The notes beneath the pieces were generated by a model. That model was given only the letters and a program-made list of their open reading frames with translations. It was not told where the DNA came from and ran no database searches. From assembly GCA_034004945.1 (NCBI GenBank), contig JAVEVQ010000001.1, positions 28,796 through 92,795 on the forward strand: a stretch of DNA of 64,000 nt, read 5' to 3'. A program made the position numbers and the translations under genes. The stretch's first letter is position 1, and the number at the start of each line of letters is the position of its first letter. Positions 9,227-18,820 of this stretch are shown one piece after another. This DNA is from Methyloversatilis sp. (GTDB lineage: Bacteria; Pseudomonadota; Gammaproteobacteria; Burkholderiales; Rhodocyclaceae).

Positions 9227-11596
9227 ATGTCTCGCTACGTCATCCCGTTCGAACAGCTGCGCATGACCGACGTCGAAAGCGTCGGTGGCAAGAATGCGTC
9301 GCTGGGCGAAATGATCAGCCAGCTCCCCAAGTCCGTGCGCGTACCCGGAGGTTTTGCCACCACGGCCGAAGCCTTCCGTGAGTTTCTGGCGCAGGACGGC
9401 CTGGCCGATCGCATCCACGCCGCCCTCGAGGCGCTGGATGTCGATGACGTCAATGCGCTGGCCCGTACCGGCGCGCAGATCCGTCAGTGGATGATGGATA
9501 CCCCGTTCCCGGCCCAGCTCGAAGCCGACATCCGCAGCTTCTACGCGCAGCTCGACGCCGCCGGCAACGGCTCGTTCGCGGTGCGCAGTTCGGCCACCGC
9601 CGAGGATCTGCCGGACGCCTCCTTCGCCGGCCAGCAGGAAACCTTCCTGAATATTTCCGGCATCGACAACGTGCTGCACGCGATCCGCGAGGTGTTCGCG
9701 TCGCTCTATAACGACCGCGCGATCAGCTACCGCGCCCACAAGGGCTTCATGCACGCGGGTGTCGCGCTGTCGGCCGGCGTACAGCGCATGGTGCGCTCAG
9801 ACAAGGGCGCCGCCGGCGTCATGTTCACGCTGGATACCGAATCCGGTTTCCGCGACGTCGTGTTCATCACCTCCAGCTACGGCCTGGGCGAGACGGTGGT
9901 GCAGGGCGCGGTCAATCCGGACGAGTTCTACGTTCACAAGCCCATGCTGGCCCAGGGTCGCCCGGCGGTGATCCGCCGTACCCTCGGCAGCAAGATGATC
10001 AAGATGGAGTTCGCTGCCACCGCCGCGGCCGGTCGCAGCGTGCAGACGGTCGATGTCAGCGACGTCGACCGCCAGCGCTTTTCGCTGACGGACGAGCAAG
10101 TGCTCGAACTGGCGCGCTACGCGATGACCATCGAAGCGCATTACGAGCGCCCGATGGACATCGAATGGGGTCTGGACGGCGTCGATGGCCAGCTCTACAT
10201 CCTGCAGGCCCGCCCGGAAACCGTGAAGTCGCACGAATCCGGCATGTCGCAGCAGAAGTTCCGTCTGAAGCAGTACGGCAAGGTGCTGGCCAGCGGCCGG
10301 GCGATCGGCCAGAAGATCGGCGCCGGCCCGGTGCGCATCGTCGAGAGCGCAGCCGAAATGGACAAGGTGCAGGCCGGTGACGTGCTCGTCACCGACATGA
10401 CCGACCCGAACTGGGAACCGGTCATGAAGAAGGCGGCGGCCATCGTCACCAACCGTGGCGGCCGTACCTGCCACGCGGCCATCATCGCACGCGAACTGGG
10501 CATTCCGGCCATCGTCGGCTGCGGCGACGCAACCGAAACGCTGACCGAAGGCGAGGAAGTCACCGCCAGCTGCGCCGAGGGCGATACCGGCAACATCTAT
10601 CGCGGTCGCCTGGACTTCGAAGTGGTCACCTCCGACCTGTCGAATCTGCCCGACCTCGACTTGAAGGTGATGATGAACGTCGGCAACCCGGAACTGGCCT
10701 TCGATTTCTGCCAGCTGCCGAACGCCGGCGTCGGTCTGGCCCGTCTCGAGTTCGTCATCAACAACACGATCGGCATCCACCCGAAGGCGATTCTCGAAAT
10801 CGACCAGGCGCCGGCCCGCCTGCGCGAGGAAATCCGCCGCCGCGCCCGCGGTTACGCGAATCCGGAAGCCTTCTTCGTGGACAAACTGGTCGAAGGCGTG
10901 GCCACCATCGCCGCCGCCTTCTGGCCGAAGCCGGTCATCGTGCGCCTGTCGGACTTCAAGTCGAACGAGTACAAGAAGCTGCTCGGCGGCGACATCTACG
11001 AGCCGGACGAAGAGAACCCGATGCTGGGCTTCCGCGGTGCGTCGCGCTACATCGCGCACAGCTTCCGGGACTGCTTCGAGCTCGAGTGTCGCGCGATGCG
11101 TCGCGTGCGCGACGAGCTGGGTCTGACCAACGTCGAACTGATGGTGCCCTTCGTGCGCAACGTCGGCGAGGCGGCCGAAGTGGTGAAGCTGCTCGGCGAG
11201 CACGGCCTGAAGCGCGGCGAGAACGGCCTGCGCCTGATCATGATGTGCGAAATCCCGTCCAACGCACTGCTGGCAGAACAGTTCCTCGAGCACTTCGACG
11301 GCTTCTCGATCGGTTCGAACGACCTGACCCAGCTCACGCTGGGCCTGGACCGCGATTCCGGCCTGGTGGCTGGCGCTTTCGACGAGCGCGACCCGGCGGT
11401 CAAGATGCTGCTGTCGATGGCGATCCGTACCGCCAACCGTCTGGGCAAGTATGTCGGCATCTGCGGTCAGGGCCCGTCCGACCATGCCGACTTCGCGCTG
11501 TGGCTGATGGACGAGGGCATCCAGAGCGTGTCGCTGAACCCGGACACGGTGGTCGATACCTGGCTGAAGTTCGCTGCGCACGCCAAGGAAAAGTAA
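9227..11596 (+). CDS. ppsA: Phosphoenolpyruvate synthase
   Basis: [28 protein letters not shown] and [10 protein letters not shown] motifs; GAGG RBS before 9227. Confidence 0.97.
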   Translation: MSRYVIPFEQLRMTDVESVGGKNASLGEMISQLPKSVRVPGGFATTAEAFREFLAQDGLADRIHAALEALDVDDVNALARTGAQIRQWMMDTPFPAQLEADIRSFYAQLDAAGNGSFAVRSSATAEDLPDASFAGQQETFLNISGIDNVLHAIREVFASLYNDRAISYRAHKGFMHAGVALSAGVQRMVRSDKGAAGVMFTLDTESGFRDVVFITSSYGLGETVVQGAVNPDEFYVHKPMLAQGRPAVIRRTLGSKMIKMEFAATAAAGRSVQTVDVSDVDRQRFSLTDEQVLELARYAMTIEAHYERPMDIEWGLDGVDGQLYILQARPETVKSHESGMSQQKFRLKQYGKVLASGRAIGQKIGAGPVRIVESAAEMDKVQAGDVLVTDMTDPNWEPVMKKAAAIVTNRGGRTCHAAIIARELGIPAIVGCGDATETLTEGEEVTASCAEGDTGNIYRGRLDFEVVTSDLSNLPDLDLKVMMNVGNPELAFDFCQLPNAGVGLARLEFVINNTIGIHPKAILEIDQAPARLREEIRRRARGYANPEAFFVDKLVEGVATIAAAFWPKPVIVRLSDFKSNEYKKLLGGDIYEPDEENPMLGFRGASRYIAHSFRDCFELECRAMRRVRDELGLTNVELMVPFVRNVGEAAEVVKLLGEHGLKRGENGLRLIMMCEIPSNALLAEQFLEHFDGFSIGSNDLTQLTLGLDRDSGLVAGAFDERDPAVKMLLSMAIRTANRLGKYVGICGQGPSDHADFALWLMDEGIQSVSLNPDTVVDTWLKFAAHAKEK

Positions 11597-11612
11597 TCGG
11601 CGCTGCAGCAGG

Positions 11613-11639
11613 AAGCCCCGCTTCGGCGGGGCTTTTTTT
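11613..11639 (+). terminator. Rho-independent terminator of ppsA
   Basis: AGCCCCGC-TTCG-GCGGGGCT followed by a T run. Confidence 0.9.
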
Positions 11640-11674
11640 CGCCCGCACCGTTTGCCGGACGAGAGCTGGGGACG

Positions 11675-11706
11675 AAAAAAAGCGCACCGTGAGGTGCGCT
11701 TTCTTT
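11675..11706 (-). terminator. Rho-independent terminator of the csp gene
   Basis: A7-GCGCACC-GTGA-GGTGCGC hairpin. Confidence 0.8.
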
Positions 11707-11748
11707 CAGTGCGAATCGCCTTGCGGCGATCTCAAACCGTCTGAAGAA

Positions 11749-11952
11749 TCAGAGCGGCTTGATTTCGGAGGCCTGCAGACCCTTCGGGCCGCGGGTCACT
11801 TCGAACGACACCTTCTGGTTTTCCTGCAGCGACTTGAAGCCGTTGCCCTGGATCGCGGAGAAGTGCGCGAACAGATCTTCACCGCCGTCGTCCGGGGAGA
11901 TGAAACCGAAACCCTTGGCGTCATTGAACCACTTGACAGTACCAGTTGCCAT
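11749..11952 (-). CDS. Cold-shock protein (CspA family)
   Basis: [18 protein letters not shown]...LFAHFSAIQ; 67 aa; AT-rich upstream leader. Confidence 0.95.
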   Translation of the reverse strand: MATGTVKWFNDAKGFGFISPDDGGEDLFAHFSAIQGNGFKSLQENQKVSFEVTRGPKGLQASEIKPL

Positions 11953-12312
11953 TTTTGAATTCCTTTGAATACGTAGTTTTGAACAAGTCATCGCGACACG
12001 CGAGGACCGTAGCGCAGGGAAACCTCAAGGGGAATATGGCAAGCGGAGTACTGACTTGAAAATCGAGAACCGACGCACAACACGTTCATGCTTGAAATCA
12101 CCTACAGACGTGCTTATACGGGAATAGCGCGCACGACGCAAACGGTATTTTCATCGATGCGTTCTTCCTGCGTGAACAGTCATGGCCGGCAGCGCTTCAG
12201 TGCGGGCAAAAGACTGACGTTATTCAGCGTGAAGTGAATGCATGATGTGCACTGACGTAGAACGGAAACGGGGGGCAACTTGATACCTGCGGCGGTGCTC
12301 AAAGCCGTTCGA

Positions 12313-13248
12313 ATGCACGCGCGGTGCGCCGATGTGCTGTTCGGCGGCCTGCGTACCGTGCTGTGCATGCTCGGTATCGCGCTGCTGCCCGGCTGTACTG
12401 ACGACGCGCCAGTGGCGCAGCGTCCGGCCTACTCGCGGGCCGATGCGGTGCCGCGGTTGCGGCATCTGAGTTTCGGCGTGCACCCGCTGCACAATCCGGG
12501 GCGTCTGATGGCGCTCTACGGCCCCATTGTCGAGGCGCTCAACGCATCGACACCCGATGTCACGATCCGTCTGGAGGCCTCGCGTGACTATGCGGATTAC
12601 GAACGCAAGCTGCGCGAACGGACGCTGGATCTGGCACTGCCCAACCCCTACCAGACTGTCGCGGTTGCGGCGCCGGCCTACCGCGTCTTTGGCAAGGTGT
12701 CCGGCGACGAGGATTTCCATGGGCTGATACTGCGGCGCCGCGACAGTCCGATCAGGCAGCCGCTCGACCTGCGTGGGGCGACCTTCAGCTGTCCGTCGCG
12801 CACCGCCGTGGCGGCCTGCATGCTGCCGCTGCTGCATTTGCGCGAGGCAGGCCTCGACGTCGCGCGCGAACTCGACGTCAGGGAAGTCGGTTCGCAGGAA
12901 TCCAGCATCCTCAACGTGGCGCGCGGTCTGGTTGACGCAGGCGCCACATGGCCACCGCCCTGGCGTGCGTTCCAGAAGGACTACCCGGCGCTCGCTGCCC
13001 AGCTCGAAGTGGCCTGGGTCACCGACAGCCTTCCGAACAACAGCTTGATGGCTCGAGCGGATCTCGAGCCGGAACTGGTCGAACGTATCGCGCAGTTCCT
13101 GTTCGGTCTGTCGGCGTCGGAGGAGGGGCGGCGACTGCTGGTCAATGCCGAAATAGCTGGCTTCGAGCCGGCGACCGACGCGCGCTACGCGCCCGTGCAG
13201 GTCATGCTCGCCCGCTACTCGGAAATGATAGGGCCGATCGGACCATGA
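12313..13248 (+). CDS. PhnD/phosphate-phosphonate-type periplasmic binding lipoprotein (start uncertain)
   Basis: Lipobox LLPGC; FGVHPLHNP, EASRDY, NPYQ and GSQESS motifs; stop overlaps the next start (ATGA). Confidence 0.8.
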   Translation: MHARCADVLFGGLRTVLCMLGIALLPGCTDDAPVAQRPAYSRADAVPRLRHLSFGVHPLHNPGRLMALYGPIVEALNASTPDVTIRLEASRDYADYERKLRERTLDLALPNPYQTVAVAAPAYRVFGKVSGDEDFHGLILRRRDSPIRQPLDLRGATFSCPSRTAVAACMLPLLHLREAGLDVARELDVREVGSQESSILNVARGLVDAGATWPPPWRAFQKDYPALAAQLEVAWVTDSLPNNSLMARADLEPELVERIAQFLFGLSASEEGRRLLVNAEIAGFEPATDARYAPVQVMLARYSEMIGPIGP

Positions 13249-16200
13249 CGCGCGCTGCCTCTCTTGCCGCCCGGCTGCGCTCTCTGCTCACTGCGTCGCT
13301 GACGCGCAGGCTGGTGCTGTCGATCGCCGTGCTGCATGCGGTCCTGATCTCGTTCTTCGTCAGCGATCTGGTGCGGCGAGAGCGTGAGGTGCTGCTGGCG
13401 CAGTCGCGCCAGGCGTTGCTGGCCGAGGTCGAACTGCTGGCGCGCAGCGGCCGCGAATGGGTGCTGGCGAACGATCTCGCCGGCCTGGACGAGCTGCTGC
13501 AGACGGTGCGCAGTTCGCCCGGGATCGAGTACGGCATGTATCTCGACCCTGACGGCCGGGTGCTGGTTCACACCGACGCCGAGCGCAGCGGCACGGTACT
13601 GTCCGACACGCTCAGCGTGTCCGCGCTGTCCGCCGGAGTCGATCAGGGGGCGCGGCTGCTGCAGCAGACGCCGGAGCTGAGCGACGCGCTGGCGCCGGTT
13701 TACTACGGCGAGCGGCTGGTCGGCTGGGCGCGTATCGCACGCAACCACCAGAGCGAGGCGGCGGCGCTGCAGCGCGCGGTGTTCGATGGCGCGCTTTACG
13801 CGCTGACGGCCATTGTCATCGGTACCCTGCTGGCAATGCTGCTGGCGCGCGGTCTGACGGCCGATCTGCGTCGGGCGCGCAGCCTGTTCGAGCGGGTGCG
13901 CGAGGGAGACCTGTCGCAGCGCCTTTCGCATCGCCGGCACGACGAACTTGGTCATCTGTTCGACGGCATCAACGACACGCTCGATACCCTGATGCGCAAC
14001 GAGCGCGTGCTGCAGCAGACGCAGGAGCGGCTCGAGCTTGCCGTCAAAGGGTCGAACGACGGCGTGTGGGACTGGGATCTGGCAAGCAACGACGTCTACT
14101 ACTCGCCGCGCTGGAAGCAGATGCTGGGCTACGCCGACGACGAACTGGGCAATCGCCCCGATGCCTTTCTCGACCGCGTTCATCCGGACGACCTGCCGCG
14201 CCTGCTCGACCGCATCAACGACTATCTAGAAGGACGCGTTCCGGTCTTCGAAATCATCATTCGTGCGCGTCACCGCGACGGCGGCTGGCGCTGGATCATG
14301 TCGCGCGGAACGGCGGTGCGTGACGCCAGCGGACACGCCCGTCGGATGAGTGGCACACATACCGACATCACGCCGTTGAAGGATGCCGAAGCCGGCCTTG
14401 CACTGGAGAGATCGCGCCTCTACAGCCTGCTCGCGCAGATGTACATCGGTGTGGTGATGGAGGATGCCGACGGTCGGATCGCGCTGTGCAACCAGGCATT
14501 CTGCGACCTGGTGTCGGTGGCCGAAGACCCCGCCGAACTCATCGGTCGTCGGCGCGAGGACATGCTGGCCGACGCGCAGGCGCTGCTCGCCGATGGCGCT
14601 GCCGGGGTACAGCGGGCGCTCGACATCGCGCAGCGCGGCGAGGCGGTGATCGGTGAGCGCGTGCTCCTGCAGGACGGCCGCGTGATCGAGCGCGATTTCC
14701 TGCCCATTCGCGTCGGCGACGCGCAGCAGGGGGCGCTGTGGGCGCTGCGCGACATTTCGGCGCGCATCCGGCTGGAGCGGAATCTGTCGGCGGAGAAGGA
14801 GCGGCTGCGCGTCACCTTGCTGTCGATCGGCGATGCGGTGATCTCGACCGGCGAGGACGGCCGCATCGACTTCCTGAACCCGGTGGCCGAGCATCTGACC
14901 GGCTGGTCCAACGACGAGGCGGCAGGCCGCCCATTGGCCGAGGTACTGCGACTGGTCGACGGCGTCACCCGCCAGCCGCGTCCGGATCCGGCGATCGAGG
15001 TGCTGCGCCAGCAGGTCGTGGTGCCGCTGGAGGGCGAAACGCTGCTGGTGTCGCGCAGCGGCGAAGAGCGTGTGGTCGAGGATTCGGCCGCGCCGATACG
15101 CGATGCGCACGGCGGCGTCTGTGGTGCGGTGGTCGTGTTCCGTGACGCCACCGACCGCCACCGCATGCAGGAGCGCCTGCGCTGGCAGGCCACGCACGAC
15201 CCGCTGACCGGTCTGGCCAACCGGCTGCTGCTCGAAGATCGCCTGACCCAGGCAATGGCACGCGCCCGCCGCCAGGACAAGCTGCTCGCCGTATGCGTGC
15301 TCGACCTCGACGAGTTCAAGGCGGTCAACGACCGGCTCGGCCATGAAGCGGGCGACGAGCTGCTGCAGGCCATCGCGCGCCGCCTCAGCGTGTCGGTACG
15401 GATGGACGATACGGTGGCGCGGCTGGGCGGCGATGAGTTCGTCGTGCTGCTCGGTTCGCTCAGCGATGTCGGCGAAATGGAAGCCTGTCTCGAGCGCATG
15501 CTGGCCGCGCTGGCCGAACCGCTGCATCTCGGTGGCGAGGAGGTGAGCACGCCGGCCAGCATAGGCGTCACGCTCTACCCGCTCAACGACAGCGAAGCCG
15601 ATGCGCTGCTGCGCCACGCCGACCAGGCCATGTACGCCGCCAAACAGTCCGGCGGGCGTTGCTACCGGCTGTTCGATTTCGAGCACAGCCAGGAGTCGGT
15701 CGAGCGCCTGCGACGCAAGGAGCGCATCGGCGAGGCGATCACGCACGGTGAGATGAGGCTGTACTTCCAGCCGCGCATCGACATGCGCGAGGGGCGCATG
15801 GTGAGCGCCGAGGCACTGGTGCGCTGGCAACACCCCGAGGAGGGTCTGTTGCCGCCGGACAGCTTCCTGCCGCTGATCGACAACGACCTGGAAATCCACC
15901 GTCTCGGCGAGTGGGTCATCCGCGACGCGCTGCGCCATCTGGCGACCTGGTGGGCGGCCGGTGCGCACTTCAGCGTGTCGGTCAACATTTCGGCGCCACA
16001 TCTGCTGGCGCCGGGTTTCGTTACGCGGCTGGCCGAACTGCTGGCCGAACAGCCGCAACTGCCGCGCTGCGTGCTGGAAATCGAGGTGGTCGAATCGGTG
16101 GCGTTGAACGACATCGAACGCGCCGCGACGGTGGTCAGCGACATCCGCCGGCTGGGCGTGCGCGTGGCGATCGACGACTTCGGCGTCGGCTACGCCTCGC

Positions 16201-16889
16201 TCGGTTACCTGCGTCGCCTGCCAGTCGACATCGTCAAGATAGACAAGTCCTTCGTGCTCGACATGCTGGACGACGAGGACGATTTCGAGGTCGTGCAGGC
16301 GGTCATCGCGCTGGCGCGCGCGCTGCGGCGGGAATCGGTGGCCGAAGGCGTCGAGACGGCCGAACACGGGCTGCTGCTGATGCGGCTGGGCTGTCACCAG
16401 ATACAGGGCTACGGCATCGCGCGACCGATGCCGGCAGCCGATCTGCTGCCATGGCTGGCGAGCTGGGTGCCGGATCCGCGCTGGACCGAGTGGCGGGAAT
16501 TCAGCTGGGACATCGACGACCGGCCGCTGTTTACCGCGATACGCGATTTCAATCGCTGGACCGACGACGTGCTGGCGATCGCTGACGGCAGGACGACGCG
16601 CCTGTCCGATGTCGAGGTGCGCGATCCGACTCAGTGCCGCTTCGGCACCTGGTTCCACGTCGAGGGCTTGCAGCGCTACGGCAGCCTGGACGAGTATCGC
16701 ACCCTCGATGCGGCGCATCGCGAACTGCATGAACTGGGCGCCGAAATCATCGACTGCCTGCAACGCGGCGATTCGGCGGCGGCGCAGGCCGCAGCGCTCA
16801 GGCTGAGCGCTGCGCGGGAGCGGGTGACCGCCTGCATCGACGCGCTGCAGCGCGCCGCACGGCGCGGTCACCGGCTGAATGCCGGCTGA
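13245..16889 (+). CDS. Membrane c-di-GMP enzyme: TM-HAMP-PAS(x3)-GGDEF-EAL-CZB
   Basis: Two TM segments, HDELGHL HAMP, NDGVWDW PAS, RLGGDEF, EALVRW, DDFGVGY, C-terminal CRFGTW...HRELH. Confidence 0.9.
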   Translation: MTRAASLAARLRSLLTASLTRRLVLSIAVLHAVLISFFVSDLVRREREVLLAQSRQALLAEVELLARSGREWVLANDLAGLDELLQTVRSSPGIEYGMYLDPDGRVLVHTDAERSGTVLSDTLSVSALSAGVDQGARLLQQTPELSDALAPVYYGERLVGWARIARNHQSEAAALQRAVFDGALYALTAIVIGTLLAMLLARGLTADLRRARSLFERVREGDLSQRLSHRRHDELGHLFDGINDTLDTLMRNERVLQQTQERLELAVKGSNDGVWDWDLASNDVYYSPRWKQMLGYADDELGNRPDAFLDRVHPDDLPRLLDRINDYLEGRVPVFEIIIRARHRDGGWRWIMSRGTAVRDASGHARRMSGTHTDITPLKDAEAGLALERSRLYSLLAQMYIGVVMEDADGRIALCNQAFCDLVSVAEDPAELIGRRREDMLADAQALLADGAAGVQRALDIAQRGEAVIGERVLLQDGRVIERDFLPIRVGDAQQGALWALRDISARIRLERNLSAEKERLRVTLLSIGDAVISTGEDGRIDFLNPVAEHLTGWSNDEAAGRPLAEVLRLVDGVTRQPRPDPAIEVLRQQVVVPLEGETLLVSRSGEERVVEDSAAPIRDAHGGVCGAVVVFRDATDRHRMQERLRWQATHDPLTGLANRLLLEDRLTQAMARARRQDKLLAVCVLDLDEFKAVNDRLGHEAGDELLQAIARRLSVSVRMDDTVARLGGDEFVVLLGSLSDVGEMEACLERMLAALAEPLHLGGEEVSTPASIGVTLYPLNDSEADALLRHADQAMYAAKQSGGRCYRLFDFEHSQESVERLRRKERIGEAITHGEMRLYFQPRIDMREGRMVSAEALVRWQHPEEGLLPPDSFLPLIDNDLEIHRLGEWVIRDALRHLATWWAAGAHFSVSVNISAPHLLAPGFVTRLAELLAEQPQLPRCVLEIEVVESVALNDIERAATVVSDIRRLGVRVAIDDFGVGYASLGYLRRLPVDIVKIDKSFVLDMLDDEDDFEVVQAVIALARALRRESVAEGVETAEHGLLLMRLGCHQIQGYGIARPMPAADLLPWLASWVPDPRWTEWREFSWDIDDRPLFTAIRDFNRWTDDVLAIADGRTTRLSDVEVRDPTQCRFGTWFHVEGLQRYGSLDEYRTLDAAHRELHELGAEIIDCLQRGDSAAAQAAALRLSAARERVTACIDALQRAARRGHRLNAG

Positions 16890-16908
16890 GCGCCGGCGAC
16901 CGTCGTCC

Positions 16909-18819
16909 TCAGGTCTCGATCAGGATGCCCAGATCGCGCAGGCGCTGCATCATTTCATCGACTGTCTGTTCGATGTCGCGGCCGCTGGTGTCGATGCGGA
17001 TTTCCGCGTTCTCCGGCGCTTCGTAGGGCGAGTCGATGCCGGTGAAGTTCTTGATCTCGCCGCGCCGCGCCTTCTTGTACAGCCCCTTCGGATCGCGCTC
17101 CTCGGCCACCGCGATCGGCGTGTCGACGAAGATTTCGATGAATTCGCCGTCCTCCAGCAGACCGCGCGCCATGCGGCGCTCGGAGCGGAAGGGCGAAATG
17201 AAGGCGGTCAGCACGATCAGGCCGGCATCGACCATCAGCTTGGCCACTTCGGCGACGCGACGGATGTTCTCGACACGGTCCGCCTCGGTGAAGCCCAGAT
17301 CCTTGTTCAGGCCGTGCCGCACGTTGTCGCCATCGAGCAGATAGGTGTGACGGCCCAGCGCATTCAGACGCTTCTCCAGCTGGTTGGCCAGCGTCGATTT
17401 GCCGGCTCCGGACAGGCCGGTGAACCACAGCACGCAGGGTTTCTGGCCCTTCATCGCGCCGCGGGTCGCCTTGTCCACATCGACGTGCTGCACATGGATG
17501 TTGTGCGAGCGGCGCAGCGCGAAGCGCAGCATGCCGGCGCCTATGGTCGCGTTGCTGATGCGGTCGATCAGGATGAAGCCACCGGTTTCGCGCACCGATT
17601 CGTAGGCGTCGAAGGCGATCGGTCGGTCGATGCCGAGCTTCACCACTGCAATCTCGTTCAACGCCAGCTGTTTGGCCGCCAGATGTTCCAGCGTGTTCAC
17701 GTTCACCTTGTGCTTGATGTCGGTGACCGTGGCAGTGACCGTGCGCGTGCCGATCTTCATCAGGTAGGCGCGGCCGGGCATCATCGGCTCGTCCTGCATC
17801 CACACCAGCGTGGCTTCGAACTGGTCGGCCACTTCGGCCGGTGTGTCTTTGGTCGAGATCACGTCACCACGCGAAATATCGACCTCGTCTTCCAGCACCA
17901 GCGTGACCGACTGGCCGGCGATCGCGCGCGGCAGGTCGCCGTCGGCGGTGACGATGCGCTTGATCGTGCTGGTACGGCCCGACGGCTGTACGCGGATGGC
18001 TGCGCCCGGCTCGATCACGCCGCTGGCGATGGTGCCGGCGAAGCCGCGGAAGTCGAGGTTGGGGCGATTGACCCACTGCACCGGCAGGCGGAAGGGGCTC
18101 TTCAGCCGGCGCTTCTGGTCGACCTCGACGGTTTCCAGATAGCCCATCAGCGTCGGGCCGTGGTACCAGCCCATCTGTTCGCTCTGTGACGTGATGTTGT
18201 CGCCCTTCAACGCCGACATCGGTATCGCGACGATGTCCTCCAGACCGAGCTGGGCGGCGAAGGCGCGGTAGTCGTCGAGGATGCGACGGAAGGTGGCTTC
18301 GGAATAGCCGACCAGATCCATCTTGTTGATGGCGACGACGACGCGCTTGATGCCGATCAGCGACACCAGGAAGCTGTGGCGGCGGGTCTGCGTCTGCACG
18401 CCATGGCGCGCATCGACCAGAATGATGGCCAGATCGGCAGTCGAGGCGCCGGTGACCATGTTGCGCGTGTACTGCTCGTGGCCCGGCGTGTCGGCGACGA
18501 TGAACTTGCGCCGGTCGGTCGAGAAGAAGCGGTAGGCGACGTCGATCGTGATGCCCTGTTCGCGCTCTGCGGCCAGGCCATCGACCAGCAGCGCGAAGTC
18601 GAGATCGCCGCCCTGGGTGCCTACCTTCTTCGAGTCGGCTTCGAGCGCGGCCAGCTGGTCTTCGAACAGCATTTTCGATTCGTACAGCAGGCGGCCGATC
18701 AGCGTGCTCTTGCCGTCGTCGACGCTGCCGCAGGTGATGAAGCGCAGCAGGCTCTTGTGCTCGTGCTGCTTCAGGTAGGCGCCGATGTCCTGGGCGATGA
18801 GGTCGGAAACGTGTGCCAT
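16909..18819 (-). CDS. cysNC: Bifunctional sulfate adenylyltransferase subunit 1 / APS kinase
   Basis: [14 protein letters not shown] and NKMD GTPase motifs; C-terminal [12 protein letters not shown]...LDGDNVR APS kinase. Confidence 0.95.
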   Translation of the reverse strand: MAHVSDLIAQDIGAYLKQHEHKSLLRFITCGSVDDGKSTLIGRLLYESKMLFEDQLAALEADSKKVGTQGGDLDFALLVDGLAAEREQGITIDVAYRFFSTDRRKFIVADTPGHEQYTRNMVTGASTADLAIILVDARHGVQTQTRRHSFLVSLIGIKRVVVAINKMDLVGYSEATFRRILDDYRAFAAQLGLEDIVAIPMSALKGDNITSQSEQMGWYHGPTLMGYLETVEVDQKRRLKSPFRLPVQWVNRPNLDFRGFAGTIASGVIEPGAAIRVQPSGRTSTIKRIVTADGDLPRAIAGQSVTLVLEDEVDISRGDVISTKDTPAEVADQFEATLVWMQDEPMMPGRAYLMKIGTRTVTATVTDIKHKVNVNTLEHLAAKQLALNEIAVVKLGIDRPIAFDAYESVRETGGFILIDRISNATIGAGMLRFALRRSHNIHVQHVDVDKATRGAMKGQKPCVLWFTGLSGAGKSTLANQLEKRLNALGRHTYLLDGDNVRHGLNKDLGFTEADRVENIRRVAEVAKLMVDAGLIVLTAFISPFRSERRMARGLLEDGEFIEIFVDTPIAVAEERDPKGLYKKARRGEIKNFTGIDSPYEAPENAEIRIDTSGRDIEQTVDEMMQRLRDLGILIET

Positions 18820-18820
18820 A

